Shown here: positions 58,268 through 64,000 of the stretch, piece by piece | Numbering within the stretch: the stretch's first letter is position 1 | How the letters are laid out: every line of letters begins with the position of its first letter | Assembly (NCBI GenBank): GCA_019637975.1 | Contig: JAHBUR010000004.1 | Coordinates: forward strand, 32,209 to 96,208 | Length of the DNA: 64,000 nucleotides | From: Bacteroidota bacterium | GTDB taxonomy: Bacteria > Bacteroidota > Ignavibacteria > UBA10030 > UBA6906 | Direction of reading: 5' to 3' | Position numbers and translations under genes: made by a program | The notes under the pieces: generated by a model | Database searches by the model: none | The model's input: only the letters and a program-made list of their open reading frames with translations | Told to the model about the DNA's origin: nothing

Positions 58268-58944
58268 AAACGATTCTCATTGTTGAAGATGATGCGTCAA
58301 TACGCAAAGGGTTGGAGGATGCTCTTACCGCAGAGCATTTTACTGTTGTGTCGGCAACCGACGGCGTGAAGGGCTACACCATGGCGAAGCGTGAGAATAT
58401 CGATCTGATCATTCTTGATTTGATGTTACCGGAGAAGAACGGACAAGAGGTATGTCGCGACCTGCGAAAGGAAGGCATCAACACGCCGATTATCATGCTT
58501 ACGAGCAAAAAGCAGGAAATGGACAAGGTGCTGGGATTCGAATTGGGAGCCGATGACTACGTCACGAAACCGTTCAGCATTCGTGAACTCATTGCCCGCA
58601 TTCATGCGCTTCTACGCCGGAAGTGGGAACTCAAGAAAGATATTGATGAATATGCCTTCGGAAGCGTGGAGATCGATTTCAAGAAGCAGGAGGCGACAAA
58701 GAACAGCAAATCGATAAAGTTCTCCGCACGGGAATTCGAAATACTGAAGTACTTCATACAACATGAAGGAGAAGTTGTTACCCGTGAAATGTTGCTCAAT
58801 GATGTATGGGGGTACGAGAACTACCCGACAACCCGCACGATCGACAACTTCATTCTTTCTCTCAGAAAGAAAATCGAGGACAATCACTCCAAGCCGAGAC
58901 ATCTGCTGACCATCCACACGTCGGGCTACAAGTTTGTGAAGTGA
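58264..58944 (+). CDS. OmpR-family response regulator
   Basis: REC (ILIVEDDASIRKGL...LDLMLP) plus a winged-helix trans_reg_C (FEILKYFIQHEGEVVTRE...GYKF). 4-nt overlap with the HK. Confidence 0.9.
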   Translation: MKTILIVEDDASIRKGLEDALTAEHFTVVSATDGVKGYTMAKRENIDLIILDLMLPEKNGQEVCRDLRKEGINTPIIMLTSKKQEMDKVLGFELGADDYVTKPFSIRELIARIHALLRRKWELKKDIDEYAFGSVEIDFKKQEATKNSKSIKFSAREFEILKYFIQHEGEVVTREMLLNDVWGYENYPTTRTIDNFILSLRKKIEDNHSKPRHLLTIHTSGYKFVK

Positions 58945-59224
58945 GTGTGCGGCCATCCAGGGACTCAACCGCCAATTCACATCATACCGCCTGCCTCCGC
59001 AGAACACAGGATGCCGGAGTGTTGTGTGGGATGGAAAGAATGATGCACGCGTGCTGCTCCCTAGCAGTACTTATATCTCCCGTCTTACTACACCGGGCGG
59101 GAGTATTCAGCCGCAAGTTGATTATGATGAAGGAAGGATGAATGCAGTCGAGGCCGGGTTGAATTAACTCGGCCTCATCGATAACACCGGAATCCGTTTC
59201 ATGAACAAAGAGAGGGTCTTTTGT

Positions 59225-59518
59225 TCATATTGCGATCTCCAGAGTCAACATCACTATGTCACCATTCTCTAAATTCTCTTTGTTTCGAACTTCGGCTTTC
59301 ACGGGCAGAACATAGGAATTTGACTTTTGGTCGGGAAAAATGGAGGTCTTCCACGTAGTTCTGCCAATCGATGCTATTACCCGCAACGCCCCCCATCCCC
59401 GCCTTGTGCCTTGAGATAAGGTCTTGACTGCCTTTGCGTGCTTGAGGGGAAGAGTGATGAAATGCCACGCCCCCGGCCCATGATACAGCCACAGTGCGGA
59501 TCGGAATTTCAGAGTCAC
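59225..59518 (-). CDS. DUF1905-family protein
   Basis: WHFITLP...GWGALRVIASIGRTTWKTSIFPD...YVLPVKAEVR signature, as I recall for DUF1905. Confidence 0.6.
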   Translation of the reverse strand: MTLKFRSALWLYHGPGAWHFITLPLKHAKAVKTLSQGTRRGWGALRVIASIGRTTWKTSIFPDQKSNSYVLPVKAEVRNKENLENGDIVMLTLEIAI

Positions 59519-59529
59519 AGAAGATCGCC

Positions 59530-59832
59530 TTACTCTACAATCTGGAAAATCTCCCGACGTCCGGTCAAGTACAATTCTGTGTACTTCGACAATTCCTCCG
59601 CCACTTTGGGGTCCATATTCGGGTCGGGCTTGCCCGACTTGTACTCTTCCATCATCTTCTCAAAGTCGGCAAGACTCTTCGCCTGCATTTCCATCACCAC
59701 GGTGTTATAGTCTCCAACCATGTCTGTCATAACGCGCACGTTGGAATCGGCAGCAAATGCCTTCTTGAACAACTTCGCCATCTTCGATGCCTGTCCCGGC
59801 TTCGCAGTAAATACTTCACGAATGATGATCAT
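59530..59832 (-). CDS. small hypothetical protein (100 aa)
   Basis: ORF only. Possibly a Dabb/NIPSNAP-like alpha+beta fold. Confidence 0.35.
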   Translation of the reverse strand: MIIIREVFTAKPGQASKMAKLFKKAFAADSNVRVMTDMVGDYNTVVMEMQAKSLADFEKMMEEYKSGKPDPNMDPKVAEELSKYTELYLTGRREIFQIVE

Positions 59833-59861
59833 GGTGGAACCTCCTGTTATGAATTATTCAG

Positions 59862-60893
59862 TTACTTCCCCTCATACGCTTTTTGAAGAGCAGCAATATC
59901 GAACTTCTTCATCTGTAGAAACGCATTGGTGACTCTACCGGCTTTCGACTTGTCCGGATCCTGCAACATCTTTTGAAGAATCTCCGGCACAACCTGCCAT
60001 GATACGCCGAACTTATCCTTCAGCCAACCGCATTGTTGCGCTTTTTCATCCCCGCCTCTTGAGAGGTGTTCCCAAAAGTAATCCACCTGTTCCTGTGATT
60101 CACAAGGCACAACAAACGAAATCCCTTCGTTGAATGCAAACGCGTGTTCCAATCCGCTATCCATCGCCATAAAGACGTTGCCGTCGAGCGTGAACTGCGC
60201 GTGTTTGACTGTTCCCTCTTTTTCTCCCTCGTTCGCGCCGTAGCGGAGCATACCCGCAATGCTTGAATTCTTAAAGATGGAAGTGTACAGCCTCACCGCC
60301 TCTTCCGCACGGCCGTGTTGCGACCCGACGAACAACAGCGACGGCGTGATCGTCTGACCGACATCCGCTTTCTTTCCCAGACTCACCTGCCAAGATACGC
60401 CGAACCTGTCCTGCACCCAGCCGTACTTCTCGCTCCAATCATACTTCTGAAGTTCCATCATCACAGCCCCGCCTTCTGCAAGTTTCTCCCACAAGGCATC
60501 CACTTCCGCTTCCGATTCGGAGATGACGAAGAAGGAGACGGAGGGATTGATTTTGAAATGCGGCCCGCCATTCAGCGCAGCAAATGATTGTCCCTCAAGC
60601 TGAAATTCCACAGTCATCGCCGAGCCTTCAGGCCTTTTGTGAATTTCATAGCCTTCCTTGCCATAGCGGGAAATCCTACCGAGTTTGGAATTCTTGAAGA
60701 TAGATGTGTAGAATGTCGCTGCTTCTTCAGCCTGCGTGTCGAACCACAGAAACGGGGTAATTCTCGTCATGGAATCTCCTTTCAACATTGGTGTTTGCGA
60801 CTGCAAAGATGTTGCTGATGTGCAGAGGATGAGAACCACTGCTGTACGCAAAAGGGATGTGTTCATTTGCGGGATCCTACTATTATCGGGCAT
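59862..60893 (-). CDS. tandem VOC-family (PhnB/glyoxalase-like) domain protein with a signal peptide
   Basis: Two repeats of ...TPFLWFD...AEEA..FYTSIFKNS...GWLKDKFGVSWQV. Confidence 0.7.
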   Translation of the reverse strand: MPDNSRIPQMNTSLLRTAVVLILCTSATSLQSQTPMLKGDSMTRITPFLWFDTQAEEAATFYTSIFKNSKLGRISRYGKEGYEIHKRPEGSAMTVEFQLEGQSFAALNGGPHFKINPSVSFFVISESEAEVDALWEKLAEGGAVMMELQKYDWSEKYGWVQDRFGVSWQVSLGKKADVGQTITPSLLFVGSQHGRAEEAVRLYTSIFKNSSIAGMLRYGANEGEKEGTVKHAQFTLDGNVFMAMDSGLEHAFAFNEGISFVVPCESQEQVDYFWEHLSRGGDEKAQQCGWLKDKFGVSWQVVPEILQKMLQDPDKSKAGRVTNAFLQMKKFDIAALQKAYEGK

Positions 60894-61464
60894 CGGAATG
60901 ACTTCGTTTCGCCGGCCGGCTTTCCATCAAGACAAGAAGTTTCGTGGTTGTATTCCAATTGCGTATCGTCATGTCCTGGTAGATAGGAAGCGAGATTATC
61001 TTCGTCAACCTGCTTTGTGAAGCCCTTGCGATGAGTCGTGAGAAGTAAAGAACGTCCCGGCCTTCAAACGCACAGTCAACTCCTTCTTTGATCGTGATAC
61101 TCTCCATCGCCACTTTTGCCGTCAACGGCTTCATCAGAAAGATCACGTCATATCTGTATTTTGCCGGCTCGCTCCCGAATCCGTTAGGCGCATCCTGCAC
61201 GGCACGACCGAATTTTTTGTGCGGCACGATCAGGACGCGGGAGTTGTACCGAAATGTGGCGGACAAGACTCTTTCGATCTTGCTTGTCAGTTTTGCTTCG
61301 TTCTTCCCGCCCGAACCGAATATCACATTGCCGCTTTGAATGTACGTCAGAACATCGGCAAAGCCCATCTCCTCAAAGCATGACTTCAAGTCCGCCATCT
61401 TAATGATATTGTTGCCGCCGACATTGATGCCGCGCAGCAGGGCGACGTATTGTTGAGTTGGCAT
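60883..61464 (-). CDS. DUF1697-family protein
   Basis: YVALLRGINVGGNN near the N-terminus when started at M22. The ORF extends to 61527. Confidence 0.65.
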   Translation of the reverse strand: MPTQQYVALLRGINVGGNNIIKMADLKSCFEEMGFADVLTYIQSGNVIFGSGGKNEAKLTSKIERVLSATFRYNSRVLIVPHKKFGRAVQDAPNGFGSEPAKYRYDVIFLMKPLTAKVAMESITIKEGVDCAFEGRDVLYFSRLIARASQSRLTKIISLPIYQDMTIRNWNTTTKLLVLMESRPAKRSHSDAR

Positions 61465-61481
61465 ACTTCCGACCAACCCGG

Positions 61482-61931
61482 CTATTGTTCCGCCAACACT
61501 TTGAGTTTCTGCAAAGCCTGCGGCCATGTATTCGTAAACATCTCCTCATATTCCTTCACTGAATCCATTTCCACCAACACTTCTGTCTTCCCTCCCGACT
61601 CTTTGAAAGTGTAGTTCTCATGCGCGCCGGCCCAGGCATTAACGGCCTCACTTGATGTGTCTTCTTTTCCGTTCTCGACAACTCCAAGATGTTCGATGGA
61701 GATGAATTCGTAGGGACGGTTTTCTTTGATTCTGCTGACCATTCCGGACACGCCGCCGTCTTGGCTCGGACCAAGAAAGAGAATTTTGCTTCCCGTGTTC
61801 CAATTGCCGACGTAATGGGAACCCGGCGAGAATACATCCGTCCATGCCCGGTACGATTCGTCGCCGAGCATGGTGTTCCAGACTTTCTCTTTCGGGGCGT
61901 TGATGGTGATTGAAAAGTTTAGCTTTTCCAA
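61482..61931 (-). CDS. SRPBCC-superfamily protein (AHSA1/polyketide-cyclase-like)
   Basis: FSITINAPKEKVWNTMLGDESYRAWT..., a typical START/Bet v1-like N-terminus. Confidence 0.65.
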   Translation of the reverse strand: MEKLNFSITINAPKEKVWNTMLGDESYRAWTDVFSPGSHYVGNWNTGSKILFLGPSQDGGVSGMVSRIKENRPYEFISIEHLGVVENGKEDTSSEAVNAWAGAHENYTFKESGGKTEVLVEMDSVKEYEEMFTNTWPQALQKLKVLAEQ

Positions 61932-61940
61932 TGTATCCTC

Positions 61941-62375
61941 CTACTTCTTCTGGTTGGTATCGTAATTGATCATCCACTGGATGCCGAACTTGTCCCGCAA
62001 CGAGCCATAGTAGCCCCCCCAGAACATATCCTGCATCGGCATTTCGACAGTGCCTCCGGCCGAGAGACCGTTGAAAAGCTTGTCCGCCTCCGTTCTGCTG
62101 TCCGGCTGTATAGTGATATAGAAATTGTTGCCGGGAATCAACTTCTGTCCCATGCTGTCAAGCGCATCGGTGGCCATCAGGACATTCTCTTTGCCGATTG
62201 GCAATGCAATGTGCATGACTTTGTCTTTTTCATTGTCAGGAATGTTTCCTGCCTCAGGCGGCACATCTCTGAAACGTTGCAAGGCCAGAAACTCTCCGCC
62301 GAATACCGACTTGTAGAAATTGAACACCTCTTCGGTATTACCCGCAAAGTTGAGATAGGGGTTGAGTGAAGGCAT
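61941..62375 (-). CDS. VOC-family (PhnB-like) protein
   Basis: YLNFAGNTEEVFNFYKSVFGGE...FWGGYYGSLRDKFGIQWMIN. Confidence 0.7.
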   Translation of the reverse strand: MPSLNPYLNFAGNTEEVFNFYKSVFGGEFLALQRFRDVPPEAGNIPDNEKDKVMHIALPIGKENVLMATDALDSMGQKLIPGNNFYITIQPDSRTEADKLFNGLSAGGTVEMPMQDMFWGGYYGSLRDKFGIQWMINYDTNQKK

Positions 62376-62468
62376 TATTGGAACTCCTTATGATTGGTCT
62401 GTGAATGCGTTACTTGATTCCTCTCGAACACTCTTCTGTCGGTGCTTCAAGTCCCGGCGATCCTCTCT

Positions 62469-63035
62469 TTAGACCCGCAACAAACCCCGGAACCCTCTCG
62501 CTGCATAGTAGGATTCCGCGCCGTTGTGATACACGAAAACATGACCGTAGCGACAATCGCAGAAGAGGGCGCCGCCAAGTCTTCTTATATCGGCCGGTGT
62601 TTTCACCCAGCTCGACGTTTTCGTATCGAAACTCCCAAGTCTCTGCAGATCCCGATACTGTTCTTCTGTCAGAAGCTCAATGCCCATCGCAGCTGCCATA
62701 TCAATCGCGCTGTTTTTTGGTTTATGTTCTTTCCGTGACTCCAGAGCCTCGCCGTCGTAACAAAGACTTCTGCGGCCTGTCGGACTCTCCGCCGAACAAT
62801 CACAGAACATGTATTCGCCTGTCTTTTTATCATGCCCGACAACATCCGGCTCACCGCCGGTTCTCTCCATTTCATTGAGTGACCAGAGGTTTTTGCTACC
62901 CTCAAGTCTTGCCTGTACGTTGGCCCATTCAAGACTCTTATGGCGGCTTCTCTTCTTCTCAAAACGGGCTTTCAAAACGGCGAGGAGTTCTCGACGTTGT
63001 GCAGGCGACAACTTCTTTGTATTGCTGTTGTGCAT
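62469..63035 (-). CDS. DUF4256-family protein
   Basis: LSPAQRRELLAVLKARFEKK...; size and N-terminus fit DUF4256 as I recall it. Confidence 0.55.
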   Translation of the reverse strand: MHNSNTKKLSPAQRRELLAVLKARFEKKRSRHKSLEWANVQARLEGSKNLWSLNEMERTGGEPDVVGHDKKTGEYMFCDCSAESPTGRRSLCYDGEALESRKEHKPKNSAIDMAAAMGIELLTEEQYRDLQRLGSFDTKTSSWVKTPADIRRLGGALFCDCRYGHVFVYHNGAESYYAARGFRGLLRV

Positions 63036-63123
63036 ATTGTTCTTGCTTTCAGATTTCGAGTGTGGAGTTCATGCCAAGTGTTCGTTCTTCGTGGCATGCG
63101 CCGGTTTCTTCCGTATTGTTGTG

Positions 63124-63516
63124 TTACTTCGATGCAGACCGCCGTCGCTCACTCTCGGTCACCATTTCCGATAAATCAACTGCGGGTCGTATCTCGAACG
63201 GCCCCGCCTTTACACCCGGATGCTTCGACATAAGTTCGACGGCGTGGTTCATGTCCCTCGCTTCAAGAATCAAAATGCCGCCTAATTGTTCCTTGGTCTC
63301 GGCAAACGGGCCATCAGTCACCGAAACCTTGCCGCCTTTGTACCGCAACGTTTTGGCGATCCGGGCATTGTCGAGCGCTTCGCCACCTGCAAAATGCCCG
63401 TTACTCCGAAGAATGTTGTCGTAAGCAAAACACTCGTCCATCATGCTGTTTTGCTCGTTTTGTGAAGTGGATTCCCAGCTATCCTGGTCGATGTAGCCAA
63501 GGCAAATGAATTTCAT
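63124..63516 (-). CDS. YciI-like family protein
   Basis: [10 protein letters not shown]...GGEALDNA...[27 protein letters not shown]. Confidence 0.7.
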   Translation of the reverse strand: MKFICLGYIDQDSWESTSQNEQNSMMDECFAYDNILRSNGHFAGGEALDNARIAKTLRYKGGKVSVTDGPFAETKEQLGGILILEARDMNHAVELMSKHPGVKAGPFEIRPAVDLSEMVTESERRRSASK

Positions 63517-63965
63517 GATTTCATTTCCTTTTGTTTTTCGAGTTGAGCTTCGACTGTTGGATTGTTGGCCGCTTTCTGCACATCCTCCGGGAAGTCTTCC
63601 ATCTCAAAAATCTGCCGTACCTCGATGACGTCGCCGCGGTCGGCAGGAATCTGCTTCGCCCATTCGATAGCCTCTTCTTTCGATTTCACATTAATCAGCC
63701 AGTAACCGCCGACTACTTCTTTTGTTTCAACGAAGGGGCCGTCGGTTACCTTCGGTTTTCCGTTGGCAAACGAGACACGGAAACCGTTGGCAACCGGGTG
63801 AAGTCCATCGAGGGCAAGCAAAACTCCGGCTTTTGCCAGTTCCTCGTTGTATTTCATCATGCGTTCAACGGCATCTGCAGGCGGGGCAAATCCCGGACCC
63901 GGCTTCTCCGACTCCGGAATACCGGGTTGATAAACTCTCGGAATCATCATCATCATGAAGCGCAT
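63513..63965 (-). CDS. YciI/DGPF-domain family protein
   Basis: [32 protein letters not shown]; overlaps the upstream paralog by 4 nt. Confidence 0.7.
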   Translation of the reverse strand: MRFMMMMIPRVYQPGIPESEKPGPGFAPPADAVERMMKYNEELAKAGVLLALDGLHPVANGFRVSFANGKPKVTDGPFVETKEVVGGYWLINVKSKEEAIEWAKQIPADRGDVIEVRQIFEMEDFPEDVQKAANNPTVEAQLEKQKEMKS

Positions 63966-64000
63966 ATCGTACCTCCTTACAGTAGTATGTTGATGTGTGA

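Overview
This 64-kb window is gene-dense and mostly minus-strand coding. I found no rRNA, tRNA or CRISPR array by eye. The left ~41 kb reads as a mobile defence/accessory island, and the right ~22 kb as ordinary chromosome with signalling and stress genes. Island content, left to right: (1) a prophage replication-module remnant, namely an AAA_24/Sak4-like ATPase running off the window edge, two small genes, and a ~220-bp A-tract palindrome. (2) A tightly coupled four-gene minus-strand operon: APH-fold kinase, 985-aa STAND/NACHT-type NTPase, a giant 2673-aa protein, and a DHH-like phosphoesterase. This operon is the best candidate for an undescribed system. (3) An IS3-family element with a frameshifted orfB, lying between two copies of a ~218-bp direct repeat. 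(4) A cluster of lipoprotein and outer-membrane-like genes. (5) A putative sigma-like protein, a zf-HC2 anti-sigma protein, and a membrane-anchored Lon-like protease carrying a periplasmic FG-GAP domain. (6) A Septu-like cluster: PtuA-like ABC/AAA_21 ATPase with a DUF3696-like tail, a hypothetical gene, and a small HNH-like protein. (7) A Type I R-M operon (hsdR, DUF559, hsdM, hsdS) with two extra downstream genes, headed by a CARF-like/wHTH regulator candidate. The right part holds a LytS/LytTR two-component system, a multi-rhodanese protein, an M1-like peptidase, a beta-lactamase-fold hydrolase, an ECF sigma factor, an enolase-superfamily enzyme, and a membrane CHASE2-like/TIR-domain protein next to an HK/OmpR pair. 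It ends in a run of small stress-associated genes (VOC, YciI, SRPBCC, DUF1697, DUF4256, DUF1905). Several repeat families recur. GC-rich CGACCTCCCCC...CCCCCTCCTT/AAGGAGGGGG palindromes occur in intergenic regions, and two copies are inserted in-frame in hsdM and the DUF559 gene. AACCTT-type tandem repeats sit in two 5' leaders. The long 27.7-28.7 kb intergenic stretch is rich in repeats and hairpins. All functional calls are motif-level readings of the supplied ORF translations; no database searches were run.
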